From assembly GCA_963846575.1 (NCBI GenBank), contig CAWJWJ010000002.1, positions 1,152,001 to 1,216,000 of the forward strand: a stretch of 64,000 nucleotides of DNA, written 5' to 3'. The notes beneath the pieces were generated by a model. It saw only the letters and a list, made by a program, of their open reading frames with translations, did not search any database and was not told the origin of the DNA. The position numbers were made by a program, and so were the translations under genes. This document shows positions 56,301-64,000 of the stretch, piece after piece. Position 1 is the stretch's first letter. The number at the start of each line of letters is the position of its first letter. Origin of the DNA: an uncultured Nitrospiraceae bacterium (GTDB lineage: Bacteria; Nitrospirota; Nitrospiria; Nitrospirales; Nitrospiraceae).

Positions 56301-59110
56301 CGCTGGTCGGCTGCTTCGTCAACACCGTCGCTCTTCGTGCCGATCTGTCGGGCAATCCTTCCTTCACCGCCTTCCTCGCGCAAGTCCGGGCGACCGTACT
56401 GGGCGCACAGGCCCATCAGGAGGTTCCGTTTGAACGGGTCGTCGATGACCTACGGGTCGCGCGAGACCTGGGGCATACGCCGCTTTTTCAAGTGATGTTC
56501 CTGTTGGAGGACCGTCTCTCGGACCTGCCATCGTTCGGATCTCTATCGACCGGCAGGATGGAGGTGAACACCCGGACCTCGGTGTTCGATCTCACCGTGG
56601 AAATGGTCCTCGGTGCCGACGGCGGCCTGACCGCGGTGTTTGAATACAGTATCGAGTTGTTCGATCGCGACAGGATCGTGCGCCTCGCCGGACACTTTCA
56701 TACGCTGCTGAATGAAATCGCCACCGCCCCGGAGTCGCGGATTGGCGATCTGACGCTGCTCACGGCGCATGAAACCCGTCAGGTTCTCGTTGAGTGCAAC
56801 AACACCCGCGCGTCCTATCCGGAAGAGTCATGCCTGCATCAATTGATGGAGGACAGGGTGTCCCGGACCCCGGACGCCGTGGCCCTGTCCTGCGAGGGGC
56901 GGTCCTATACCTACGCCGAGCTCAATCGCAGGTCGAATCAACTCGCGCGCTATCTCCGTGCGCACAAGGCCGGTCCGGAAACTCCGGTCGCCCTCTGCGT
57001 CGAACGATCGCTCGAGATGGTGGTCGGCCTATGGGCCACTCTCAAGGCCGGTGCGGCCTATGTGCCCATCGATCCTGCCTATCCACGATCCCGACAGGTC
57101 GCGATTCTCGAGGACGTGCAACCGAAATTGGTCCTGACGCAACAGCAGTTCGCGAATGATCTGTCACGAAGCGGCGCTCCCGTTTGTGCGATGGACTCCG
57201 GATGGGCCGCGGCAGCCGGGTATCCTGACGGCAATCTGCCCAACCTTTCCCGTCCCGATAATCTGGCCTACCTCCTGTACACCTCGGGAACGACCGGGCA
57301 ACCCAAGGGGACCGGCATTTCGCACCGCGCACTGGTCAACCACAGCATTGCCATCGCGGCACGGTATGGTCTTGTCCCGACCGATCGGGTGCTCCAATTC
57401 GCTTCGGTCAGTTTCGACGTCGCGGCGGAGGAATGTTTTCCGTCATGGCTCGCGGGGGCGACGGTGGTGGTGCGGCCCAATGCGCCTCTGCCGGCATTTT
57501 CTGATTTTCACGCCTTTCTCCGCGAGCAGCGGCTCACGGTCCTGAACCTGCCGACGCCTTACTGGGCCGGATGGGTGGACGAGATCGACAGGACCGGCCT
57601 GGCGATCCCGGCGGAGCTCAGGCTGATCGTGGTGGGGAGCGAAAAGGCCTTGCCTGAGAGCGTCATGAGGTGGCAGCGGGTTGCGGGGCCCCAGATCGGG
57701 TGGTGCAATTCGTATGGACCGACGGAAGCCACCATCACCGCGAGTTGTTATGTCCCGGAGCCGGACATGGATTGGACTCGCGCCCTCACTGTCCCGATCG
57801 GCCGGCCGATCGCGAATGTTGAACTCTACCTGCTGGATTCCCATCTCCGGCCCGTTCCCCTGGGAGTGCCGGGAGAACTCTATATCGGCGGAGCCGGCCT
57901 CGCTCGCGGGTACCATCGGTTGCCGGCGTTGACCGCCGGGAGATTCGTTCCCCATCCGTTCAGTTCACGTCCGGGAGAGCGCTTGTATCGAACCGGGGAC
58001 CGCGCCCGCCGACGGCCGGAGGGTGAGGTCGAGTTTCTGGGCCGCGTCGACGAGCAGGTGAAGGTTCGCGGCCATCGTATTGAACTCGGGGACATCGAGT
58101 GCCATGCGCGCCAACATCCGGACGTGAAGGAGTGCCGGGTGTTCCTGGAAGAGGGCGCTCTCCCGGAGTGGGCTGCACTCCTCAGCGGCGTGAGCCTGCA
58201 GGACCAGGAACGGATGCTCCGGGACGTCGAAAGCGTGACGGCGGCGGAGGCCCAATGGCTTCACCGAGTGGAATCGGATGCGGAGGAACGGAGGAAGACG
58301 GTGATTCAGAGAAAACCGGAGTTCGATGTGTACCTGAAAATTCATCACGGGGAGTTTGTGACTCCGCCGAAACAGAATCAGCGCAATTGGCTGCTGCGGC
58401 GGGCCCTCGACGAATTTTCAGATGATCTCGTGGCGCTCGACGCGATCTCAAAACGGTTGGTTTCCGGCTCCGAGCGGGTGGGCATCGAACAGGGGTGGAC
58501 GGGGAGCAGGGCCGATTATACACCGACCGAGCTCATCATCGAAGGACAGCAGGTGATGCAGGATTGGGAAGCGCCGTTGATGAAGGCGATGGCTGACATC
58601 GCCACCGAATCCCAGGGCGACGTGCTCGAGGTCGGATTCGGAATGGGCATCTCGGCCTCCTACATTCAGGCTGGACGACCGCGTTCCCACACCATCATTG
58701 AGTGCAACCAGGATGTCATGCAGGCGTTCGTCGCATGGTCCGCCGGATACCCCGATCGCGACATCCGGCTCGTCCAGGGCCGTTGGCAGGATGTGGTCGA
58801 TGGACTGGGCCGGTTCGACAGCGTGTTTTTCGATACCTACCCGGCCAGTGAAGCTGAATTCGAAGAATCGGTCATCAACAGTATCAACTTTGCCGAAGCG
58901 TTTGTGCCTGCTGCCGCCGGATTGCTGCGTCCGGGCGGGGTGTTTACGTATTACACGAATGAAATCGACTCCTTCAGCAGGCGGCATCAACGATTCCTGT
59001 TCCAACACTTCAGCTCCTTCACCCTCAGCATCGTGCGATCACTGCTACCGCCGGATGATTGCCACTATTGGTGGGCCGATTCGATGGCGGTGGTCAAGGC
59101 GGTGAAATGA
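53351..59110 (+). CDS. NRPS: FAAL - ACP - C - A(core, A1-A8) - GAMT/RMT2-like methyltransferase
   Basis: FLQYTSGSTGQPKGV (FAAL), FFALGGDSL (ACP), HHIVTDGWS (C), YTSGTTGQPKG, YGPTE, YRTGD, GRVDEQVKVRGHRIELG (A), then VMQDWE..LM...VLEVGFGMGIS...HTIIEC...FFDTYP (MT). Confidence 0.93.
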   Translation: MCTMLRQPPSGKRHTVIDILRARDSSTPARRAYTYLRDGETDEQWLDYHELDRRARGIAAWLQSYGAAGERALLLYPPGLDYLAAFFGCLYAGVIAVPAYPPQRERGMPRVLSILQDSRAAYALTTHSIHQAIGRLSPRDGGLEQLAGLRWLTTDTGEPGAEDSWQHPDIDADTLAFLQYTSGSTGQPKGVMVSHANLLHNQRMIQDAFGHTERDCIVGWLPLYHDMGLIGNVLQPLFLGVPCVLMSPIHVLQKPVRWLSAISRYRATTSGGPNFAFDLCVRQITPSQRASLDLSSWTVAFNGAEPVRAGTIEQFARTFAGCGFRREAFYPCYGLAEATLLVAGGTANAPPVTREFDQSGLNLHAGTQPMGTGHPTPVLVGSGVARLEQLIRIVRPESSTSCPDGQVGEIWVSGPSVAQGYWGQELETCATFMARLADTGEGPFLRTGDLGFVHEGELFVTGRLKDLIIIRGRNHYPQDIERTVEDSHPALRPGGGAAFSVVERDEEQLVVVQEIELRARNINHDAIMADIRRAVTRQHEVPVFAVVLIKAGHLPKTSSGKVQRSLCRTRFLEQAFEVIGQALAPAPLQAGDLSTSFEAVRRGGVASERNLDQLVTEIWAGVLNQPNIGPQDDFFALGGDSLRGTQVLARLREEGRIEVPLETLFDFPTLADFVSHIGTRTPAAPAEDGVAMRPARPEDPQPLSRTQERFWFLEQLSPGTPVNNVPVALRLQGRLDVETLRRSLQEILRRHDILRARCILRDGRPAQIIAPTLDLSLAVEELIPIGETDPERQLRQALDQEAVQPFDLMTGPLLRLRLFRMADWDHVLSLTLHHIVTDGWSMGIVSRELAALYEAFVNRRVSPLPPLPIQYLDVVAGEREDHREALYRRQIEYWRQRLEDVPALLRLPYDRARPEVQNYRGARHRWTVEAALVRRLQNIGHQQRATLFMTLLAAFDVLLSRYSGQADFCVGTPVANRNRMDWEPLVGCFVNTVALRADLSGNPSFTAFLAQVRATVLGAQAHQEVPFERVVDDLRVARDLGHTPLFQVMFLLEDRLSDLPSFGSLSTGRMEVNTRTSVFDLTVEMVLGADGGLTAVFEYSIELFDRDRIVRLAGHFHTLLNEIATAPESRIGDLTLLTAHETRQVLVECNNTRASYPEESCLHQLMEDRVSRTPDAVALSCEGRSYTYAELNRRSNQLARYLRAHKAGPETPVALCVERSLEMVVGLWATLKAGAAYVPIDPAYPRSRQVAILEDVQPKLVLTQQQFANDLSRSGAPVCAMDSGWAAAAGYPDGNLPNLSRPDNLAYLLYTSGTTGQPKGTGISHRALVNHSIAIAARYGLVPTDRVLQFASVSFDVAAEECFPSWLAGATVVVRPNAPLPAFSDFHAFLREQRLTVLNLPTPYWAGWVDEIDRTGLAIPAELRLIVVGSEKALPESVMRWQRVAGPQIGWCNSYGPTEATITASCYVPEPDMDWTRALTVPIGRPIANVELYLLDSHLRPVPLGVPGELYIGGAGLARGYHRLPALTAGRFVPHPFSSRPGERLYRTGDRARRRPEGEVEFLGRVDEQVKVRGHRIELGDIECHARQHPDVKECRVFLEEGALPEWAALLSGVSLQDQERMLRDVESVTAAEAQWLHRVESDAEERRKTVIQRKPEFDVYLKIHHGEFVTPPKQNQRNWLLRRALDEFSDDLVALDAISKRLVSGSERVGIEQGWTGSRADYTPTELIIEGQQVMQDWEAPLMKAMADIATESQGDVLEVGFGMGISASYIQAGRPRSHTIIECNQDVMQAFVAWSAGYPDRDIRLVQGRWQDVVDGLGRFDSVFFDTYPASEAEFEESVINSINFAEAFVPAAAGLLRPGGVFTYYTNEIDSFSRRHQRFLFQHFSSFTLSIVRSLLPPDDCHYWWADSMAVVKAVK

Positions 59111-59111
59111 C

Positions 59112-59762
59112 ATGGCGACCATTCTTGAACGCATCGACCGGCTTTCCGAGGCCCAACGCGCCTTGCTCCGGCTCCGGCTGGGAGGGACAGAACGGGCGAC
59201 GGCGGGCGAATCGCGCCTGGTCGGGTACATCGTCCCGCGCGGGGAGCGGAGGGACCTCGCTCCTGACCTGCGTGAATTTCTCCGCGAGCGTCTTCCGGAT
59301 TACATGGTGCCCGGTGCCTGGATCGTCATCGACTCGTTCCCCATGACCTCCCGGGGGAAGGTGGATCGAGCCGCCTTGCAGGGGATGGCCCGGTCGGCCT
59401 GGCCCGCGGAGTCCCGCGGAGGAGTCCCTCGAAACGATTGCGAGCGGGCCATTGCGGACATCTGGAAAGAGGTGCTCGGCCTGCCCGTCATGGGGCTGCA
59501 AGACAACTTTTTCGATTTGGGGGGCCACTCCCTGCTGCTGCCGAAAGTCCTCGCCAGGGTGCGCGAGCTGGCGCAGCGGGAGGTTTCGATGGTGGATCTG
59601 TTCCGCTATCCGACGGTGCAGGCACTTGCCGCCTATGTGGCGGGTGAATCGCGACCCGTCGAGGAGGGCGACAGCGGTGATCACGCGAAGGGCAAGCGGG
59701 AGGCCGGGATCCGCCGGATGACACAACGGCGGCGGAGACAGGCGGCGTTGAGGAGCGAATGA
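59112..59762 (+). CDS. Stand-alone A-subdomain (A9-A10) + PCP protein
   Basis: RLVGYIV, LPDYMVP (A9), PMTSRGKVDR (A10 Lys), DNFFDLGGHSLL (PCP Ser) and an Arg-rich C-terminal tail. Confidence 0.9.
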   Translation: MATILERIDRLSEAQRALLRLRLGGTERATAGESRLVGYIVPRGERRDLAPDLREFLRERLPDYMVPGAWIVIDSFPMTSRGKVDRAALQGMARSAWPAESRGGVPRNDCERAIADIWKEVLGLPVMGLQDNFFDLGGHSLLLPKVLARVRELAQREVSMVDLFRYPTVQALAAYVAGESRPVEEGDSGDHAKGKREAGIRRMTQRRRRQAALRSE

Positions 59763-62700
59763 CGAACACAGCGGAACAGGGTGACGGGAGTCAGGCCGGT
59801 GGAGGGTTGGACATCGCCGTAGTCGGGATGGCCGGGCGGTTTCCCGGCGCGCGGAATCTGGAGTCGTTCTGGCAGAACCTCCGGGACGGCATCGAGTCGG
59901 TCTCCACGCTCAGCCGGGAAGACCTGCTGGAGTCCGGGGTGGATGAGCAGGTCCTCGATCGGCCGAATTATGTGAGGGCCCGGGCGTTGCTCGATGACGT
60001 GGATCTTTTTGACGCCAGGTTGTTCAACATGACCCCGAACGAAGCCGCCAGCATGGATCCGCAGCAACGTCTGTTGCTTGAGTGTGCCTGGGAGACGCTC
60101 GAGCAGGCGGGTTATGACCCGGAGCAGTACGGCGGGACGATCGGCGTTTATGCGGGATCGAGCAGTAGCGGCTATCTATTCAACCTGTTTCCCCGCCGGA
60201 CGCTTCTCCAGTCGGCAGCCGACATGTCGGCGATGCTGGGGGTGGAAAAGGATGCCCTCTCGACGCGCGTCTCGTACAAATTGAATCTGGAAGGGCCGAG
60301 TCTGGCCGTGCAAACGGCCTGCTCGACGTCCCTGGTCGCAGTCCATCTGGCCTGCCAGGGCCTCTTGAGCGGTGAGTGCGACATGGCCTTGGCAGGCGGC
60401 GTGTCGGTCACGGTGCCGCAGAAAGTCGGCTATCTCTACCAGGAGGGCGGCATCGTCTCGCCGGATGGTCATTGCCGCGCCTTTGATGCCGACGCTCAAG
60501 GAACCGTCGGAGGAAGCGGCGTCGGACTCGTCCTGCTGAAGCGACGGCAGGAAGCGGAAGCCGACGGCGATCAGGTGCTGGCCATCATCAAGGGCTCCGC
60601 CATCAATAACGACGGCGCGGCAAAGGTCGGCTATACGGCTCCCCGGATCGAAGGGCAGGCCAAGGTCATCAAGGCCGCGCATCTGGCGGCCGGTGTGACG
60701 CCGGAATCGATCTCCTATGTGGAGGCCCATGGGACAGGGACTCCGATGGGCGATCCCATTGAAGTCGCGGCCTTGACGCAGGCCTTTCGGGCCTCCACGG
60801 ACCGCAGCGGTTTTTGTGCGCTCGGCTCCGTGAAGACGAATATCGGTCATCTGGATGCCGCCGCCGGAATTGCCGGACTCATCAAGACCATCCTGGCACT
60901 CTCCCACCGGCAGATCCCGGCCAGTTTGCATTACGTGCGATCGAATCCCGCGATCGATTTTGCACAGACTCCGTTTTATGTGAATGCGGCACTGAAGGCA
61001 TGGCCACGCGGTGATAACCTGCGACGGGCCGGCGTCAGTTCGTTCGGATTGGGCGGAACGAACGCGCATGTGGTGCTCGAAGAAGCCTCTCCTGCCGGCA
61101 GGGCTCAGTCCCCGGCGCGGGATTCCGGCTCTCAGCTCCTGGTGTTGTCTGCAGGGTCGGAGAGGGCCTTGAGCCAAGCGACGGACCGTCTCGCCGCGCA
61201 TCTTGGCAACCATCCGGATCTTTCCCTGGCCGACGTCGCGCACACGCTTCAGGCGGGCCGCAAAGCACTTCCCTACAGGCGGTGGGTGGTGGCAACCCGG
61301 ACGGCTCAGGCCGCGGAGTTGCTTGCCCGGCCGGGGCTTGCGGGTGCCACGTCCGGCCCTGTCGGCGGCGGGCGGCGGGCGGCGTTCATGTTTTCCGGAC
61401 AGGGCGCGCAATATCCGGGCATGGGGCAGGCGCTGTATGCGGAGCAGTCGGTGTTCCGCGAGCAGGTGGATCTGTGCGCCTCTCTGTTGCAGCGACAACT
61501 GGGGCGTGACATCCGGTCGATTCTCTTCGCGAACCGCCCGGAGGACCAGGACCTCATTCACCAAACGGTGCTGACTCAGCCGGCGTTGTTCGTCTTTGAG
61601 TATGCTCTTGCCCGGCTGTGGATGAGCTGGGGAGTTATCCCCTGCGCCATGATCGGACATAGCCTGGGGGAATACGTAGCCGCTTGTTTGTCAGGAGTCT
61701 TTTCCCTGGAAGACGCGTTGGCGGTCGTGGCTCGGCGGGGGCGGCTCATGCAGGACACGGTTCCGGGAACCATGCTGGCCGTTCCACTCGCCGAGTCGGA
61801 AGTAGCGCCGTTCCTTCGCGCGGGAGTCGACCTCGCGGCAGTGAATGCTCCCGCCCAATGCGTGTTGTCCGGCCATGAGGAGTCCCTCGCCGCGCTGGAT
61901 CAGGAGTTGACGGCCCGGGGCATCAAGAGCCGTCGGCTGCGGACATCGCACGCGTTTCATTCCTCCACGATGGATTCCGTGTTGAAACCGTTTGAATCGT
62001 TTCTTGCCGGCCTCACGATGCATCCCCCTCGAATCCCCTGGGTTTCAAATGTGACCGCCGGGTGGATTCACCGTGATCAGGCGGTGGACCCGCGCTACTG
62101 GGCACGTCATCTGCGCTCGACGGTCCGGTTTTCGGATGGCATCAAGACCCTGCTGGAGCAGGGCGGGCCGATCCTGCTCGAAGTCGGACCAGGCCGCACG
62201 TTGCAGCACCTGGCCCGGCGGCACGCGGGGCAGACCGGACTGTCCGCGGTGGCCTCCTTGAATGGAGCCGGACCGGCCAGCTCCGGGCAGCCTGAGATGT
62301 CCGCCCTGCTGACGACGCTCGGATCACTCTGGGGAGCCGGTGTCTGCCCCGATTGGAACGGTTTGTACGCGGGAGAACCGCGCCGCCGGGTGCCGCTTCC
62401 GACCTATCCGTTCGAACGGCAGCGTTATTGGGTGGAACCTGATTCATCTCATGCAGGCCGGAAGACGGAGCGGTCCGACAGACGCCTCGACATGTCGAGA
62501 TGGGCCTATCAGCCCTCATGGAAGCGATCAGTGTTAGGGGGAGGCAGCCACGCCCGTCCGCAGGAACAGTGGCTTGTCTTCGTGGAGGAACCGCGCGTCG
62601 GGATGGCCTTGGTGAATCACCTGAATACGCTGGGGCACCAGGTCACGACCGTGCTGGCGGGACAGGCCTTCGAACGGCGCGACGGCGATACCTACCTCGT

Positions 62701-64000
62701 TCGCGCCGATTCTCGGGAAGACCATGATCGGCTCCTGCGGGATCTGAAGACGCGGGGACGGCTACCCTCCAACATCGTGCAGGCCTGGACGATCGGCGAA
62801 GAAACTCCAGCCGCCCCTGCGACGGTGCAATTCAACGGGGCTCAAGAAAAAGGATTTTTTCATCTGCTGCTTCTTGCACAGGTGTTCGGACGGCGGCGCG
62901 GAGAAGGGTGTTCGATCCTGGTGCTGTCTCAGGGCCTTCACGATGTCACCGGTCGTGAGCGGTTGCGCCCGGAACAGGCGACTCTGCTGGCGGCCTGCCG
63001 TGTGATTCCCCAGGAATACCCCCGCCTGACCTGCCGCCTGCTCGACCTCGACGACCACGACGTCGCGCACACCCTCTCGGAGGCATCCTGCCACCGGCTG
63101 ACGGCTGAGGTCGGTGCTCCGGCAGGCGAGGCAATCGTCGCCTATCGGGGACCGCACCGCTGGGTGCAGACATTCGAACCACTGCCTCTGCCGGAAGGGA
63201 AACCCATGTCCGGCCTGTTGCGAGAAGGAGGCGTTTATCTGATCACGGGAGGGCTTGGCGGGGTCGGACTCGCCCTGGCGGACTACCTGATCCGCACCCT
63301 GCAGGCCCGCGTCATTCTGACCAGCCGGTCGCTGCCGAATGGTGAGCAACAAGAGGTGCTAGCCGGGCTCGAACGACTGGGCGGGAAGGTCTTGCCGCTT
63401 CAAGCCGATGTCGCCGATCTCCCTCAGATGCGTGCGGCGATTGCGGAAGCCGGGCAACGATTCGGGTCCATCCATGGGGTATTCCATGCCGCTGCGGTTG
63501 CCGGCGGCGGCCTCATTGATCGAACCACTCCGGAATCCGTCCGGGATGAATTCCGTCCGAAGGTCGCGGGGGCCTTGGTGCTGGAAGAGGCGCTACGGGA
63601 GGCCCCTCCGGAGTTCGTGCTGTTCTGTTCCTCGTTGACGGCCGTGGTGGGTGGGATCGGGCAGGTCGCCTCTTGCGCGGCCAATGCTTTCCTGGACGCC
63701 ATGGCGCATGCCAGCACGAGCGCACGCATGCCTGTCCTGTCGGTGAATTTCGACCGTTGGTCTCAGGTCGGCATGGCGGTGCAGGCCGAGGCTCGCATGA
63801 AGGCCCTGGGATTGAGCGACGAGGCGTTGGATGGGATGAGCCGTCGGGAGGGACAGGACGTTGTCCATCGGATCCTTCAGGGAGCGGCCCTGCCGCAGGT
63901 CGTGGTCTCCATTCGAGAGTTGTCGACCGTTGCGACCTCGGTCACTCAACTGGCCTTGGCTCAATTTCACGGGCCTGATCAGACGGCGGGACACGATGTG
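59759..64000 (+). CDS. Type I PKS module KS-AT-KR (hybrid NRPS/PKS-type KS), 3'-truncated by the window; not listed in the ORF track
   Basis: ATG overlaps the previous stop. DIAVVGMAGRFPGA, DPQQRL, VQTACSTSL, EAHGTGT, KTNIGHL, GQGAQY, GHSLG, SHAFHS (malonyl-type AT), ITGGLGGVG; KR active site GQVASCAAN is in the same frame. Confidence 0.92.
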   Translation, partial: MTNTAEQGDGSQAGGGLDIAVVGMAGRFPGARNLESFWQNLRDGIESVSTLSREDLLESGVDEQVLDRPNYVRARALLDDVDLFDARLFNMTPNEAASMDPQQRLLLECAWETLEQAGYDPEQYGGTIGVYAGSSSSGYLFNLFPRRTLLQSAADMSAMLGVEKDALSTRVSYKLNLEGPSLAVQTACSTSLVAVHLACQGLLSGECDMALAGGVSVTVPQKVGYLYQEGGIVSPDGHCRAFDADAQGTVGGSGVGLVLLKRRQEAEADGDQVLAIIKGSAINNDGAAKVGYTAPRIEGQAKVIKAAHLAAGVTPESISYVEAHGTGTPMGDPIEVAALTQAFRASTDRSGFCALGSVKTNIGHLDAAAGIAGLIKTILALSHRQIPASLHYVRSNPAIDFAQTPFYVNAALKAWPRGDNLRRAGVSSFGLGGTNAHVVLEEASPAGRAQSPARDSGSQLLVLSAGSERALSQATDRLAAHLGNHPDLSLADVAHTLQAGRKALPYRRWVVATRTAQAAELLARPGLAGATSGPVGGGRRAAFMFSGQGAQYPGMGQALYAEQSVFREQVDLCASLLQRQLGRDIRSILFANRPEDQDLIHQTVLTQPALFVFEYALARLWMSWGVIPCAMIGHSLGEYVAACLSGVFSLEDALAVVARRGRLMQDTVPGTMLAVPLAESEVAPFLRAGVDLAAVNAPAQCVLSGHEESLAALDQELTARGIKSRRLRTSHAFHSSTMDSVLKPFESFLAGLTMHPPRIPWVSNVTAGWIHRDQAVDPRYWARHLRSTVRFSDGIKTLLEQGGPILLEVGPGRTLQHLARRHAGQTGLSAVASLNGAGPASSGQPEMSALLTTLGSLWGAGVCPDWNGLYAGEPRRRVPLPTYPFERQRYWVEPDSSHAGRKTERSDRRLDMSRWAYQPSWKRSVLGGGSHARPQEQWLVFVEEPRVGMALVNHLNTLGHQVTTVLAGQAFERRDGDTYLVRADSREDHDRLLRDLKTRGRLPSNIVQAWTIGEETPAAPATVQFNGAQEKGFFHLLLLAQVFGRRRGEGCSILVLSQGLHDVTGRERLRPEQATLLAACRVIPQEYPRLTCRLLDLDDHDVAHTLSEASCHRLTAEVGAPAGEAIVAYRGPHRWVQTFEPLPLPEGKPMSGLLREGGVYLITGGLGGVGLALADYLIRTLQARVILTSRSLPNGEQQEVLAGLERLGGKVLPLQADVADLPQMRAAIAEAGQRFGSIHGVFHAAAVAGGGLIDRTTPESVRDEFRPKVAGALVLEEALREAPPEFVLFCSSLTAVVGGIGQVASCAANAFLDAMAHASTSARMPVLSVNFDRWSQVGMAVQAEARMKALGLSDEALDGMSRREGQDVVHRILQGAALPQVVVSIRELSTVATSVTQLALAQFHGPDQTAGHDV

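Noticed and set aside
59100..59120. NRPS split explained as a frameshift or sequencing artefact
   Set aside because: The MT ends at a GAMT-like natural C-terminus and the next ORF starts with its own ATG and a docking-like N-terminal helix. There is no homopolymer lesion of the type seen in ppsA.
60176..63994. Track ORFs within the last 4 kb
   Set aside because: All are shadows or off-frame pieces of the PKS frame starting at 59759, which the track omits because it has no stop in the window.
1..64000. CRISPR arrays, tRNA/rRNA genes, transposases, integrases, prophage genes
   Set aside because: I saw no regularly spaced repeat-spacer array, RNA-gene signature or mobile-element protein motif. 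This was by eye only.

Overview
GC-rich bacterial chromosome segment, most likely a Nitrospira-like organism (inferred from the small-protein families and gene content; not verified). It has four blocks. (1) 1-16.5 kb: a general-stress island with treZ, a PanD-like protein lacking all catalytic residues, hemerythrin and CBS proteins, DUF3175, two SDRs, RecQ, SRPBCC, cupin, a ROK kinase, a YflT-like protein, DUF6335 and several small secreted low-complexity proteins. Four sigma54-type -24/-12 promoters in this block share a GACA/TGTC upstream motif. (2) 17.3-20.3 kb: an OmpR-family two-component pair flanked by matching 11-bp-period TTCAY repeat boxes, a 36-aa membrane peptide and rnk. (3) 20.5-36.6 kb: a sigma54-type promoter, a group 3b [NiFe]-hydrogenase operon with its protease, a ppsA broken by four homopolymer frameshifts, a Kef-type antiporter, a tandem USP and two P-type ATPases. 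(4) 37-64 kb: an iron-acquisition locus (RND pump, ExbBD, two TonB, atypical Fur, PepSY, TonB-dependent transducer, FecIR, short AraC) next to a hybrid FAAL-NRPS-PKS cluster that runs off the window. Six operons here share a precisely spaced TG-N19-CGTC ECF-type promoter, and a Fur-boxed promoter makes a ~100-nt terminated leader or sRNA. The most unusual system is the NRPS. Its adenylation domain, with a basic-amino-acid (Arg-like) code, is interrupted by a guanidinoacetate/RMT2-type N-methyltransferase and split over two genes. The catalytic A-subdomain and PCP sit on a separate protein carrying docking-like helices, and the following PKS ketoreductase lacks its catalytic Tyr.
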